From a virus (Duplodnaviria; Caudoviricetes), in IMG/VR virus record IMGVR_UViG_3300033069_001852: 64,000 nucleotides of DNA. One strand, given 5' to 3'. The notes under the pieces are model-generated. The model did not search any database and was not told where the DNA came from. It worked only from the letters and a program-made list of their open reading frames with translations. Position 1 is the first letter of the stretch, and the number at the start of each line of letters is the position of its first letter. Positions 29,618 through 40,189 of the stretch are shown here, piece after piece. Made by a program: the position numbers and the translations under genes.

Positions 29618-30997
29618 ATGATTGAAAATAAAGAAAGTTATGAAGATTTCTACAAAGAAATTGAAAATCACGATCTTATTTTACACATTGTCCCAGCCGA
29701 ACCCCATTTTCACGCTGCCGTTTGTCAACCAATTGCTGCGTTTGTGTATGATGTTCAGACTAAGCGGAGTTATTCCATTTCTTTTAATCACCCGGATATA
29801 GACTTCAAATTACCGGCGCAAGAATTTGCGCAGCGGATTGTAAAGCAAAATAACCGCATATGGGCGATGGATAAGAAGAGTCTGATTCAGACCCTTCCAG
29901 TCGATGGAATATATGATATTAACCTTGTCCGATTTCTTAAAAATAACTCTACATTTGACTATCAGACGGAAACTCCGGCCCATAACCTCCTTGAGCGATT
30001 TTATCCTGATCGGAGGAATTTAAACCGAATTATACCTTTGGTTAAACATAAGGAGATATTTGACGGAATGGTGGCAAGTTGTGTGGAAATGATCAAAACG
30101 GCGGAAATTGATCCAGCCTACAATAAAGTCAACACGATTATTCTTGAAACCCTAGCCGAATTGGAGCAAAATGGCATTTGTATAGATAAGCCTCTGTTTG
30201 ATAAATGTTTCGGGGTGCGGACTCACCCAGCCGGCGAACTAAACGTAGTGTATAGTCAATATAATCCATACACGTCAACCGGCCGCCCAAGTAATCGTTT
30301 CGATGGTGTCAATTACGCGGCTTTGAAAAAAGATGACGGCTGCCGGCGATGTTTTGTTTCACGGCACAATGTTGGCGTGACGAAACGAATGGCCGGAAAA
30401 ATGTTGCTGATTGATTATTCCGCATTTCACCCCCGCATTATTTCCTATCTGATTGGGTTTAAATTGCCCGTGACGATGGATATTTATCAATATCTGGGTG
30501 AGTTATACTTTAACAAAAAGATCCTCAATGCCTACGATATTGATGAAGCTAAAAAACTCACCTTCCGTCAACTCTACGGCGGCGTCGAGAAACAATACGA
30601 ACACATAAAGTATTTTAACCGGCTTAAAGGTTTTGTCGACACCCATTGGAATTTTTTCTGTGCTCACGGTTTCGTTGAAACTCCCATTTTTCAAAGGCGA
30701 ATTACCACCGAACACATTAAAGACCCCAATCCCAATAAGCTGTTTAACTATATCCTTCAGGCAACGGAGACGGAGATTGCGATTCCGGTCATCTTTCAAC
30801 TTAACCATTTTCTGAGAAAACGTCAGTCGAAGGCTATTTTATACACCTACGATTCGGTTTTGTTTGATTTTTGCCGGGATGATGAAAAGGACACTCTTCA
30901 AGGAATTGTTGAGATTATGTGTAAAAATAATCATTTTCCTATTAAGATGTATGTGGGGAATGATTACGCGAACCTTAATCAAATTCCTATTTCTTAA
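29618..30997 (+). CDS. Divergent family-A DNA polymerase
   Basis: TSTGRPSN, IDYSAFHPR (motif A), AKKLTFRQLYGG (motif B), NYILQATE, YTYDS (motif C variant). Confidence 0.8.
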   Translation: MIENKESYEDFYKEIENHDLILHIVPAEPHFHAAVCQPIAAFVYDVQTKRSYSISFNHPDIDFKLPAQEFAQRIVKQNNRIWAMDKKSLIQTLPVDGIYDINLVRFLKNNSTFDYQTETPAHNLLERFYPDRRNLNRIIPLVKHKEIFDGMVASCVEMIKTAEIDPAYNKVNTIILETLAELEQNGICIDKPLFDKCFGVRTHPAGELNVVYSQYNPYTSTGRPSNRFDGVNYAALKKDDGCRRCFVSRHNVGVTKRMAGKMLLIDYSAFHPRIISYLIGFKLPVTMDIYQYLGELYFNKKILNAYDIDEAKKLTFRQLYGGVEKQYEHIKYFNRLKGFVDTHWNFFCAHGFVETPIFQRRITTEHIKDPNPNKLFNYILQATETEIAIPVIFQLNHFLRKRQSKAILYTYDSVLFDFCRDDEKDTLQGIVEIMCKNNHFPIKMYVGNDYANLNQIPIS

Positions 30998-31010
30998 CCC
31001 AAGTCCTCCA

Positions 31011-31018
31011 TATTTATA
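31011..31018 (+). promoter_or_regulatory. Putative late promoter TATTTATA
   Basis: Recurrent motif in a 33-bp gap. Confidence 0.65.
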
Positions 31019-31030
31019 CTTATCTATGGT

Positions 31031-32647
31031 ATGATAATGGAGAAGTTTCTAAAAGATGTTATTCTGGAAGTATCAATGCGCTTGCCTTGTGGGGGCGCAT
31101 TTCTTGATTTTCACGATGACAACCATTTGGTCCTGATCGAAGCGGCCTTACAACAACGGGGGCTTTCGTCAGAACAATCTAATGCTGTCCTTCAACAATT
31201 AGCGGAGAAGGATAATCAAAAAAACAACCTGACCCACAGCGACATTTCCACATTAAAAATGTTGGGGCTGCGCTTAAAATCCGAATCGGAGTATCAGTCA
31301 TTAAAGCTGAATGAAGTGGATGTGGAATCGGTAACTTTTACCACGGGCGGCGCGCACCGGATTTTTGAAGAGGCAACGGTAAAATTTAAAAAACTTTACG
31401 CCTATATCCGTTCTCAATCGACGGTGTATATCACGGTGGCCGGTTCGATCAACAAGATGCGTTCCGCAGACAACATCCGAATTTGTCAGTGGGGGCCTTC
31501 CCGGGGTCCTGGTTCAGCGAACTATAACCAAATCGTCGCGGTTTTCAGTTTGATCAAACAATTTCCCGCCATATTACAGGTGAGCACAAATTTACCCCAG
31601 GGTATTAATTATGAGATGCAAAAAGTGGAGGAGTTAAACGACATTTTACAAAAATCAGCCACCCCTTCTCACTTGTATATCTACAAAGATAAAAAAATTG
31701 TTCCGATGCATGTTATGGCGCGCAGTGCGGCTAAAGTTACTGGCGTCGGCAAAGCCGACATCGCATTGGAGAATGAACGAAAAGAGGAAGTATTTTGGAT
31801 CTCTTATAAAAACGGAGACTATTTTGGTAAACAAGGCCAAGTGTTGTTATCCGTCCCTTTTCAACAATACGGTTCGTTACAAGGTTTGTATGATAGCGGT
31901 TTTACCGACCGACCGCTTGCGAGTGATAAGGATGTTCCAGGAAAAGAAATCCAACGGCTTATCAACATTTTTATCAAAGCGATGATGGTCAAGGCAGGTT
32001 TAAACAAATATACGATTAAAAATGCGGTACGCATTGATGCTAAAAAGAAAGATGTCCTCATTTATGTGGAGGGGAATAAGCTTGTAACTATTGGACCCAA
32101 CCATCCAATGTATGATCTTGTGGGTGACCCGGTCATTTTGAAAAAGATGGCAAAGAATGTAAGAAAAGAAGGCAAGTTGAATTTACATTTTTTCCTTCAA
32201 GGAACCCCGGAATTTTATTTTGATATGATGAAAGATTCGGAGATAATGGATCGTGAAACCCTGAACACCATCTCAGGGAAATCAATCTATGGCACAGATT
32301 TTTTTGTTGGTAATAACCGTTTCGGCCGTGAAAACATAAATATGCTTTTACAAACGAGTCGGAAATTGATTATCCAATCCCATAATGCCGCGGGGGAGTC
32401 GGATGGTTTAGTGTTAAGAACAGACGAACAGGGGCACATTCTTATGAATCCAAACCTACCCTCAGCGATCACGGATGAATTGGAACAGGTTATTGATGTG
32501 TATCTGCCTGTTCTTTTTACCCGTTTTACTCGCAACGAAGGCTTTAAATGGACGGATGAAACTGGAAAAAATATGATTTTCGGCGGCCGCTTTCTTATCC
32601 TCCCCAAGGGAAAGATGCCATCGAAGGCAATTGAGGTAAATTTATGA
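31031..32647 (+). CDS. Hypothetical protein with PD-(D/E)XK-like nuclease motif
   Basis: GINYE...GKADIAL.......WISYK...FQQYG; N-terminal domain shared with 33029. Confidence 0.45.
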   Translation: MIMEKFLKDVILEVSMRLPCGGAFLDFHDDNHLVLIEAALQQRGLSSEQSNAVLQQLAEKDNQKNNLTHSDISTLKMLGLRLKSESEYQSLKLNEVDVESVTFTTGGAHRIFEEATVKFKKLYAYIRSQSTVYITVAGSINKMRSADNIRICQWGPSRGPGSANYNQIVAVFSLIKQFPAILQVSTNLPQGINYEMQKVEELNDILQKSATPSHLYIYKDKKIVPMHVMARSAAKVTGVGKADIALENERKEEVFWISYKNGDYFGKQGQVLLSVPFQQYGSLQGLYDSGFTDRPLASDKDVPGKEIQRLINIFIKAMMVKAGLNKYTIKNAVRIDAKKKDVLIYVEGNKLVTIGPNHPMYDLVGDPVILKKMAKNVRKEGKLNLHFFLQGTPEFYFDMMKDSEIMDRETLNTISGKSIYGTDFFVGNNRFGRENINMLLQTSRKLIIQSHNAAGESDGLVLRTDEQGHILMNPNLPSAITDELEQVIDVYLPVLFTRFTRNEGFKWTDETGKNMIFGGRFLILPKGKMPSKAIEVNL

Positions 32648-33027
32648 AAAAAACCATTACACTAACGCAACTGAAGAAGTTGATCAAAGAATGTATAACT
32701 CAGGTAATTAAGGAAAAATCTCAAGATGAAATTCCACGCTGGGCGGGAGGAATTATCTCTCAAGTACAAACCATATTTTCTATTGGCGGCCGGCAAGATA
32801 TTGAGTATGTGTATAGGCCCGAAAATCAATATTTAGGTTTTTACAATCTCATAGGATCGGATGTTCGTTTAATTCATTTGCGGCCGGTGTATAGAATAGA
32901 TGATAGCAAATTTACAATTCCCCCAGGAACTATTTTTGACTTGTATATGGTCACCGCGCATGGAGATATAAATAAAGAAGACGTTAAATGGAATGAGGTC
33001 CTGAAACTTTTCAGAGGTCATAAGTAA
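32644..33027 (+). CDS. Hypothetical protein with LKKLIKECI..VIKE leader
   Basis: Overlapping start/stop with neighbour; leader motif. Confidence 0.6.
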   Translation: MKKTITLTQLKKLIKECITQVIKEKSQDEIPRWAGGIISQVQTIFSIGGRQDIEYVYRPENQYLGFYNLIGSDVRLIHLRPVYRIDDSKFTIPPGTIFDLYMVTAHGDINKEDVKWNEVLKLFRGHK

Positions 33028-33028
33028 T

Positions 33029-33916
33029 ATGAATACATTAATGGAAAAACTGCTGAATAATGTGTGTCTGGATGAACGCATTGATACGGGTACATTTGAT
33101 ATCGCAAACAATGACCATATTGATGTCATGCGTGAATATCTGGTCAACCGTGGAATCGAAGAGAATCAAGCGGTCGCTTTTACAAATCGGGTGGTTGAGG
33201 GGGGCAAGCATCCCGAACGCCAGGCTTATAATAAAAATGGTATTTTGGTGACCTTTCCCACTCCCCAACACAAGCAAAACGCAATTCGCCGCGGCACCCA
33301 TTTTGAAAAAGATCCAACCAAAGGCAAACCCAATCTTTTCGGGCCTGGTCCTGACGGTAAACCCCGCCGCGGGCCCGGTCGTCCCGCCAAAGACGATGCG
33401 GAAAAAGCTTCCGGCGAATACACTCCCCCGGCCGAAGGCGGTGGGCAATCAATAACTCCCCAAGGCGACGTATCCACTTTACCAGTCTCAGGAACCAGTT
33501 CGGATTCTGCGCCGGCGCCCGGAGATACCGCGGTCACGATGTCGGCGCCCGAAGCGCCAGGTGAGTCTGGGCCCACCGAACCCGCCGAACAAGGGCCTCC
33601 GGATGTTTTGCCCGCCAAACCACCACAAGAAAAAGAGCAGGATCGTAAGGCGATTCAACAAATGATGGCCGCAAAAAATACAGGCCTGGGCTCGCCGTTG
33701 AATACCGAACCAACTCCGGTTGCGAAAGATCCTGAGAATGACAAGACGATCAATGAAACGAAAGTGGCAATGAAAAATATGTTAAAACAGAATGATTACT
33801 TGTTAGATCGAATCGCTGCGTTTGCTTTGGAACACACGGAGATTCCTCTATGTTATGATATCATTGCGGAATTACAATGTCGGAATCCAAATGGAATTGG
33901 TTATCGTAATATCTAA
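33029..33916 (+). CDS. Hypothetical Pro/Gly-rich protein
   Basis: N-terminal G..D....DH...L..RG domain like 31031; low-complexity middle. Confidence 0.6.
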   Translation: MNTLMEKLLNNVCLDERIDTGTFDIANNDHIDVMREYLVNRGIEENQAVAFTNRVVEGGKHPERQAYNKNGILVTFPTPQHKQNAIRRGTHFEKDPTKGKPNLFGPGPDGKPRRGPGRPAKDDAEKASGEYTPPAEGGGQSITPQGDVSTLPVSGTSSDSAPAPGDTAVTMSAPEAPGESGPTEPAEQGPPDVLPAKPPQEKEQDRKAIQQMMAAKNTGLGSPLNTEPTPVAKDPENDKTINETKVAMKNMLKQNDYLLDRIAAFALEHTEIPLCYDIIAELQCRNPNGIGYRNI

Positions 33917-33924
33917 AATCAACT

Positions 33925-34323
33925 ATGAACGATATCCGGCAGTTGCTTTGTACTTTTTCCGAAATTAAGACCTTTAAAGAAATTGTCAATGACATTAAAG
34001 TTTTTTACGCTATCCCCCACGCTAAATTTTTTGTCTTCAATAACACCAAAGTACCTCAGGAAATCTACATAACTTATAATGTCCTCTCACCACTGGGCAA
34101 GGAACTACCAAAATTTCCCAACACCATTTCCATCCACCGTAAAAAACAGACAAATACGCTTTATACCTTGAATGCGATGAATCAGATCATCCGCGATGAG
34201 AATAATGGTGTCTTTGATAAAAACCATATGGTCCACTGGGAACATTACCAGAATTCTCTGATAATAACCGGCGATGTCAGTATAAGAATCATCTCCCTGG
34301 CGATTCATGATATTTTAAGTTGA
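33925..34323 (+). CDS. Conserved hypothetical phage protein upstream of SSB
   Basis: QLLCTF, ITYN and IHRKKQTNTLYTLNAMN motifs. Confidence 0.6.
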   Translation: MNDIRQLLCTFSEIKTFKEIVNDIKVFYAIPHAKFFVFNNTKVPQEIYITYNVLSPLGKELPKFPNTISIHRKKQTNTLYTLNAMNQIIRDENNGVFDKNHMVHWEHYQNSLIITGDVSIRIISLAIHDILS

Positions 34324-34431
34324 GACTTGGCGTTTTCTGCTTTAGAATAGTACTTATGAGTAAGATCAAGAAGTGCTTAATAGTTACGGATTGATTACTT
34401 ACTTAAACAAATTATTACTTAGGAGAAAATT

Positions 34432-35298
34432 ATGGACATTAGCAAAGTTAAACAGCGTTTGAATTCACTTCGCAACAAAGACAAGAAATCAGACCTTATC
34501 TGGAAACCCGCCCCCGGCAAACAAACGGTACGAATTGTACCTTACACCCACAACGATCAAAACCCTTTTATCGAACTCAAGTTTCACTATAACTTGAACG
34601 GTAAAACCTTCCTCAGCCCTGACACCTTCAACAAGCCAGACCCGATTGTTGAATTCGCTAATAAGCTCAAAAAGAGCGGCGACAAGGAAGAGTGGCAATT
34701 CGCACGCAAGCTTGAACCCAAGATGCGGACATTCTGCCCCGTGATTGTGCGTGGTAAGGAAAAGGAAGGCGTCAAATTCTGGGGCTTTGGTAAGCAAGTG
34801 TATCAAGCTATTCTTTCTTATATTGCGGATCCGGATTACGGCGATATTACCGATCCAGTCAACGGACGGGACATTGTTGTTGAGTTCCGCACTGCGGAAG
34901 AAACTGGAAAGAGTTTTCCGGAAACCACCATCCGCCCGAAGCCCAATCAGACTCCGGCAGTTACGGACGACCTCAAGGATACCCTGGATGACCAAAGCGA
35001 TATTCTTGAATTGTTTGAATTGCCAACCTATGACGACCTCAAAGTAGCCATGGATACTTGGTTGAATGAAGGCGCAGTGGAGGAAACTGATGTAGTTGCC
35101 GCAGATGGAACTACTACGACCGTCTCCGTATCAACCGCCCCCGCGTCACTTGCTAAGAACAAGCCAGTAACCACCCCAGCCCCCGCTGCGGTTGAAGCTC
35201 TTGTTGAAAAGCCAGTTGAGGCAACGCCGGCGAAAAACACCGGAAAAGAAAATATGGAATCCGTAATGAAAGATTTCGATAAACTGTTCGAAAGTTAA
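34432..35298 (+). CDS. Single-stranded DNA-binding protein (T4 gp32-like)
   Basis: WKP..GKQTVRIVPY, NPF.E..FHY, GVKFWGFGK, DYGDITDP..GRD; acidic tail ending DFDKLF. Confidence 0.88.
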   Translation: MDISKVKQRLNSLRNKDKKSDLIWKPAPGKQTVRIVPYTHNDQNPFIELKFHYNLNGKTFLSPDTFNKPDPIVEFANKLKKSGDKEEWQFARKLEPKMRTFCPVIVRGKEKEGVKFWGFGKQVYQAILSYIADPDYGDITDPVNGRDIVVEFRTAEETGKSFPETTIRPKPNQTPAVTDDLKDTLDDQSDILELFELPTYDDLKVAMDTWLNEGAVEETDVVAADGTTTTVSVSTAPASLAKNKPVTTPAPAAVEALVEKPVEATPAKNTGKENMESVMKDFDKLFES

Positions 35299-35369
35299 TC
35301 ATTAAAACTAATTGGAAGAGTACCTGAAATATGGTACTCTTCCTTTTAATCTCAACCAAGGATTTTATT

Positions 35370-36527
35370 ATGGCAAAAAAACCATCGGTTCACGTCGAAC
35401 ATTCGGCGGCAAAAATTGATCGCGACGATTTAGCTTCTCTCATCAAAGATTCTCTTAATAATGCGCAGAAGGATAAGGGTAAAGTTGCGCATTTTCTTGA
35501 TGAACAGGATGATCCGTCTCTGATCAGCGACTGGGTCTCAACCGGTTCCACTTTTTTAGATCTCGCAATTTCTAATCGCCCTAACGGAGGTCTTCCCGTC
35601 GGCCGCATCATCGAATTGAACGGCCTTGAATCGACTGGTAAAAGTTTGGTGTGTGCGCATTTATGCGCTGAAACGCAAAAGAAAAATGGAGTCGCCATTT
35701 ATTTGGATACGGAAAGCGCCGCGGCGCCGGAGTTCTGGAAAGCGTTGGGGGTTAAATTGGAAAATCTTGTTTACGTCCGCCCCTACACCATCGAAGAAGT
35801 TTTTGAATACGTGGAAAGAATTATTGCGAAGGTTCGGGCTTCGAGCCGTGATAGGTTAATAACTATTATCATTGATAGTATCGCAGGTGCAACGACGGAA
35901 AAAGAAGCAGAGTCAGAACATGGCGTGGATGGGTATAATACCGCAAAAGCCCTTATTATTGGTAAGGCAATGCGCCGAATTACTGATGTTATTGAAAAGC
36001 AACGCATACTTCTGGTGGTCACAAACCAATTGCGCGTCAATATGAACGCCATGGCGTTTGGAGACAAGTATATCACTCCCGGTGGTAAAGGTTTACCCTA
36101 CGCAGCCTCGGTGCGTGTTCGTTTAGCTTCAATGAAGAAACTCAAGAAAGGCGACGACACAATCGGCGTTCGTTGTAAATGTACAGTGGTAAAAAACCGC
36201 ATGGGCCCACCGGCACGCAAAGCTGAATTTGATATCTTTTTTGATTCCGGTATTCAAGACCGCAAGAGTTGGTTGGAATTTTTGAAGGAACAGAAAGTGG
36301 CCAGCAACACGGCCGGGGTTTATAACATAAAGATGCCGAGTGGGAATTATAAACTTACCGTCTCTGAATTCGCGGCGAAGTTAAATGAAGACGCCGCTTT
36401 CAAAGATGAAATATACAATTACATCTGTGAGAAACAGATTATGATATATCGTGATCCCACGGCGAAAATTGATGAAGACATAACTGAGTCCGAAGAAGAA
36501 TCGGAAGTTGGTACATCAGAAGAATAA
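35370..36527 (+). CDS. uvsX: RecA/UvsX recombinase
   Basis: GGLPVGRIIELNGLESTGKS, YLDTE, IIDSIA, TNQLR, TPGGKGLPY.ASVR, KNRMGPP. Confidence 0.93.
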   Translation: MAKKPSVHVEHSAAKIDRDDLASLIKDSLNNAQKDKGKVAHFLDEQDDPSLISDWVSTGSTFLDLAISNRPNGGLPVGRIIELNGLESTGKSLVCAHLCAETQKKNGVAIYLDTESAAAPEFWKALGVKLENLVYVRPYTIEEVFEYVERIIAKVRASSRDRLITIIIDSIAGATTEKEAESEHGVDGYNTAKALIIGKAMRRITDVIEKQRILLVVTNQLRVNMNAMAFGDKYITPGGKGLPYAASVRVRLASMKKLKKGDDTIGVRCKCTVVKNRMGPPARKAEFDIFFDSGIQDRKSWLEFLKEQKVASNTAGVYNIKMPSGNYKLTVSEFAAKLNEDAAFKDEIYNYICEKQIMIYRDPTAKIDEDITESEEESEVGTSEE

Positions 36528-36577
36528 CATCGCTGAAAGACAATCGGCTCGTAATATTATAGAACACTGATAATGAT

Positions 36578-36877
36578 ATGAAATGGATTAGCCCTAATTA
36601 TCTGGGTTGGTTATTGCTCATTATCAGTGTTCTTTTAATATTGATTCCCAACCTTCCCATTTATCCGATTGTTTTCACTTTTCTTCTGTCCGTCGGCATG
36701 GGAATACTCACAATTAAGAGAAAAATGAAAGGGCAGGGAATTGGAATTTTAGTTGGGAATTTGATCATCTTACCCTTTGTACTTTTAGTATTATGGGTAA
36801 CATTTATCAAGTTTGAGGCCAGTGTGGTTTTTTCAAAACAAAAAGCCACTAACCATGTAGAAAGTATAAGCAAATGA
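36578..36877 (+). CDS. Small membrane protein
   Basis: Three hydrophobic segments. Confidence 0.55.
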   Translation: MKWISPNYLGWLLLIISVLLILIPNLPIYPIVFTFLLSVGMGILTIKRKMKGQGIGILVGNLIILPFVLLVLWVTFIKFEASVVFSKQKATNHVESISK

Positions 36878-37227
36878 AAATTAGAACAGGATTCGTAAGT
36901 AATAGTAGTTCAAGCTCCTTTGTGGTTCTAGGGGTAAAAATGGATAAAGCAACTTCCGAAAAATTAAAAAAGCTATGTCCGCCGAACAAAGAAGAAAAGG
37001 CGGATGACGGTCTGTGGTGGGAAAGACTCTCAGAAGAATTGGGATTGGAAGTCATCTACAATGAACCACATTGTCTGATTGGTGAGCCGTTGGCCAGTGG
37101 CGACGATTATATGGAAGAGTGTGAATATGACATTAAAGAAATTGAAAAGAAAGCTAAAACAATTCAGGCAGCTTTAAAGGGAATAGATGTTCCTGTCAAA
37201 TTACTGATGGGAACACGTCCCTCATAA
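36874..37227 (+). CDS. Hypothetical protein of the MKIRxGFVSNSSSSSF family
   Basis: Characteristic N-terminal motif MKIRTGFVSNSSSSSFVV. Confidence 0.65.
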   Translation: MKIRTGFVSNSSSSSFVVLGVKMDKATSEKLKKLCPPNKEEKADDGLWWERLSEELGLEVIYNEPHCLIGEPLASGDDYMEECEYDIKEIEKKAKTIQAALKGIDVPVKLLMGTRPS

Positions 37228-37231
37228 AATT

Positions 37232-38305
37232 ATGGATGTCGGCGGCAATGATAGAAAGAAATTGTTTAGTCTCTTTTCTGGTTTACAGGGTGAGATTAAA
37301 AAGGCGCATGAGCTAGGTGTGAGCGGGGCGACTAAAAATGAAGTATTATTGGTTGATGGTTACAATACTTTCATTCGCTGTTTCGCCGCGATCCCGACTC
37401 TGAATGATAATGGTCTTCATACCGGAGGCGTATCCGGTTTTTTGAAATCGGTCGGCTATGCTATAAAACTTATACAGCCGGATCGATGTATTATTGTCTT
37501 TGACGGTCCCGGTGGTTCAATGTATCGCCGAAAAATCTTTCCGGAATACAAAGCGCACCGAAAAACCAAAGTGCGTTTAAATCGTATTTATGAGGACAAT
37601 CATACCGATCTAGGTTCGGAGGATCAAGCCTTAAAACGCCAACTTCAGCGTACTGTGGCCTATTTACATAATCTTCCAGTTAACATGTTATCATTGGATA
37701 ATGTGGAGGCGGACGATACTATGGCTTTCTGCTCACATTATCTTCAGGAAAGCAATATCAATATCATGAGCGCAGATAAAGATTTTTTGCAGTTGGTTAG
37801 TGATCGGGTGAAGGTATGGAGCCCTAGCAAAAAACGATTCTACGGCCCATCTGAAGTCGTGTCGGAATATGGTATTCACCCATACAACTTTGCAATTTTC
37901 CGAGCCTTAGATGGCGATGTATCCGATAACATTCCAGGTATTCCAGGATGTGGATTAAAAACCATCATTAAAGCGTTTCCTTTTTTAATTGAACCACGCA
38001 AGGTTCTTTTGGAAGAGATTTATAAATATTGTGAAGTTAATCGGACCAAACTTAAGATTTACGAAAAGGTTTTGGCCGACAAGCCAACGGTTGAACGCAA
38101 TTATGAATTAATGCAATTACATGAAACGCAGTTAACTACCCATGCCCAGGTTCATGTTATGGATATTCTAAACAATCCGGTACCGAAAATGAACCGCATA
38201 GAATTCTCCAAACTTATAACGGAGGACCGGATGTGGAATAACATTCCCAATTATCAAATTTGGTTGAATGAGGTATTTGGCAAGCTCAACAATTTTGTAA
38301 AATGA
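37232..38305 (+). CDS. 5'-3' exonuclease / flap endonuclease (T4 RNase H-like)
   Basis: LLVDGYN, VFDG, YKAHR, EADD, SADKDFLQL, GDVSDNIPG..G.G.KT. Confidence 0.92.
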   Translation: MDVGGNDRKKLFSLFSGLQGEIKKAHELGVSGATKNEVLLVDGYNTFIRCFAAIPTLNDNGLHTGGVSGFLKSVGYAIKLIQPDRCIIVFDGPGGSMYRRKIFPEYKAHRKTKVRLNRIYEDNHTDLGSEDQALKRQLQRTVAYLHNLPVNMLSLDNVEADDTMAFCSHYLQESNINIMSADKDFLQLVSDRVKVWSPSKKRFYGPSEVVSEYGIHPYNFAIFRALDGDVSDNIPGIPGCGLKTIIKAFPFLIEPRKVLLEEIYKYCEVNRTKLKIYEKVLADKPTVERNYELMQLHETQLTTHAQVHVMDILNNPVPKMNRIEFSKLITEDRMWNNIPNYQIWLNEVFGKLNNFVK

Positions 38306-38306
38306 T

Positions 38307-38585
38307 ATGGAACCGCGGCTCTTGCCCCCATTTTCATATACTACGACCACCTCAATCAATACTTCATTTGACACTGAAGTCGATCTGACTATGAAACAAA
38401 CCGCTAAAAATAAATTGATGTCACAATTGGATCCTGTTAAATGGCATGATTTGGAGGATGACAGCATTATAATGGTTGGAATAAAAAAGGAAATGGAAAC
38501 AAAAACATGCCAAACGACTTTGGGAGATTTAAAGCGGCATATTCTCAATGAGATACTGGAAGAATTAAGGGGTAGAAAAAGTTAA
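38307..38585 (+). CDS. Hypothetical protein
   Basis: ORF between the exonuclease and helicase genes. Confidence 0.45.
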   Translation: MEPRLLPPFSYTTTTSINTSFDTEVDLTMKQTAKNKLMSQLDPVKWHDLEDDSIIMVGIKKEMETKTCQTTLGDLKRHILNEILEELRGRKS

Positions 38586-38654
38586 AGTGGTATTATTTCT
38601 GTATAAGAAATTTACTTGGACCAGTTTTCTCCGTACACTATACCCACAATAACT

Positions 38655-40052
38655 ATGCAAGTTGACAACCTAAAAAAATACGGAGCTGAGTTTCAGACGA
38701 AATGTGTCTCCACTTTACTCGCGGACAAATCATTCGTTGAACGCATTTATGAAATCCTTGAACCCAAGGTTTTTGAATCGGATGCTAATCAGTGGATCGT
38801 CGAAGAGATAAAAACTTATTTCATGCAATATAAATCACTACCGACTCCGGCAGTGTTTAAATTTAAAATGGATGAGTTGACCAAGGGGATCTCTGATAAC
38901 AAAAGGGCAGAATTGCTCAAATCTGGAATTGTAACGCAATTACGTGCCATTTATCAAAAGACGACGGAAAGTGATATGAAATTCATCCAGGATGAATTTT
39001 TAACTTTCTGTATAAATCAATCGATGAAAAATGCGGTTTTGGAAAGCGCGGACTTGGTAAAGGCAGGTGAGTATGCGAAAATTCGCACGGTTATCGAAAC
39101 CGCCCTAAAGGCCGGGATGGAAAAGGATTTGGGGCATGATTATGTTAATGATGTAGAGTCCAGATTAAGCGATGCGGCTCGGAGTTGTATCAAGACTAAT
39201 ATTCCGACGATTGATGAATTGTTGGATGGGGGTTTAGGTAAGGGTGAGCTTGGATTTATTATCGGCCCCGCTGGTTCAGGAAAATCTTGGGTGCTTTCAC
39301 GTTTTGGTTCTGAGGCGATTCGTCAAGGTAAGAATGTGCTTCATTTTACGATGGAATTGAACCAGAGTTATACGGGTTTACGTTATGATTCTTGTTTTAC
39401 GGGAATTGAATTTCAGGACGTACGCAAACATCCTGAGCGCGTCCGGGATAATGTCAAAGAGGTTCAGTCCCGCTTAAACATAAAATACTTTCCAATGTAC
39501 AGTGTTTCCCCTGGATCGCTTAAAATGTATGTGGATCGTTATCAGATGTTAACGAATAAAGCCATTGATCTTATTATTGTTGACTACGCAGATTTGCTCC
39601 GCCCAGAAGTTAGTCAGAAAAATTCTAATTCATACCACGATGGAGGCTCAATTTTTGGTGAACTACGTGGAGTAGCAGGCGAATTACAGATCCCGATTTG
39701 GACAGCATCCCAGGCAAACCGTGGTGGTTATGACCAGGACATTGTTGAAGCTCAACACGTTGCGGATAGTTTTAAGAAAATTATGATTGGGGATTTTATC
39801 ATGAGTATCGCCCGCAAGCGGGAGGATAAAGTTCATAGTATCGCTCGTTTCCACATTGCGAAAAATCGTTTTGGCCCTGACGGGATGACCTTCCCCGCGG
39901 AATTTAATACGGACTGCGGCCGTTTGGTTATGTTTGATCCCGGTTCCCGGGAAGGGATCGAAATTCAAAACAAAATGGGGGATGGTGAGAATGCTACGAA
40001 AAATCTTATCAAGAGCCGTTGGAATAGAAATAAAACAAATGCGGAAGAATGA
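38655..40052 (+). CDS. Replicative DnaB-family helicase (T4 gp41-like)
   Basis: GPAGSGKS, HFTMEL, IIVDYADLL, WTASQANR, KNRFGPDG. Confidence 0.92.
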   Translation: MQVDNLKKYGAEFQTKCVSTLLADKSFVERIYEILEPKVFESDANQWIVEEIKTYFMQYKSLPTPAVFKFKMDELTKGISDNKRAELLKSGIVTQLRAIYQKTTESDMKFIQDEFLTFCINQSMKNAVLESADLVKAGEYAKIRTVIETALKAGMEKDLGHDYVNDVESRLSDAARSCIKTNIPTIDELLDGGLGKGELGFIIGPAGSGKSWVLSRFGSEAIRQGKNVLHFTMELNQSYTGLRYDSCFTGIEFQDVRKHPERVRDNVKEVQSRLNIKYFPMYSVSPGSLKMYVDRYQMLTNKAIDLIIVDYADLLRPEVSQKNSNSYHDGGSIFGELRGVAGELQIPIWTASQANRGGYDQDIVEAQHVADSFKKIMIGDFIMSIARKREDKVHSIARFHIAKNRFGPDGMTFPAEFNTDCGRLVMFDPGSREGIEIQNKMGDGENATKNLIKSRWNRNKTNAEE

Positions 40053-40189
40053 TTTGTTGTATGTATAGGGTCACGGAGAAAACCCGTTAAAAAAATTTTA
40101 AAAAAGTTAGTCGTCGGACTACTTCTAGCCATTTTGTAAAGTAGTTATATCTACCAAAAAACAAAACGCTCCAAGAGGCTTCGAAAACT

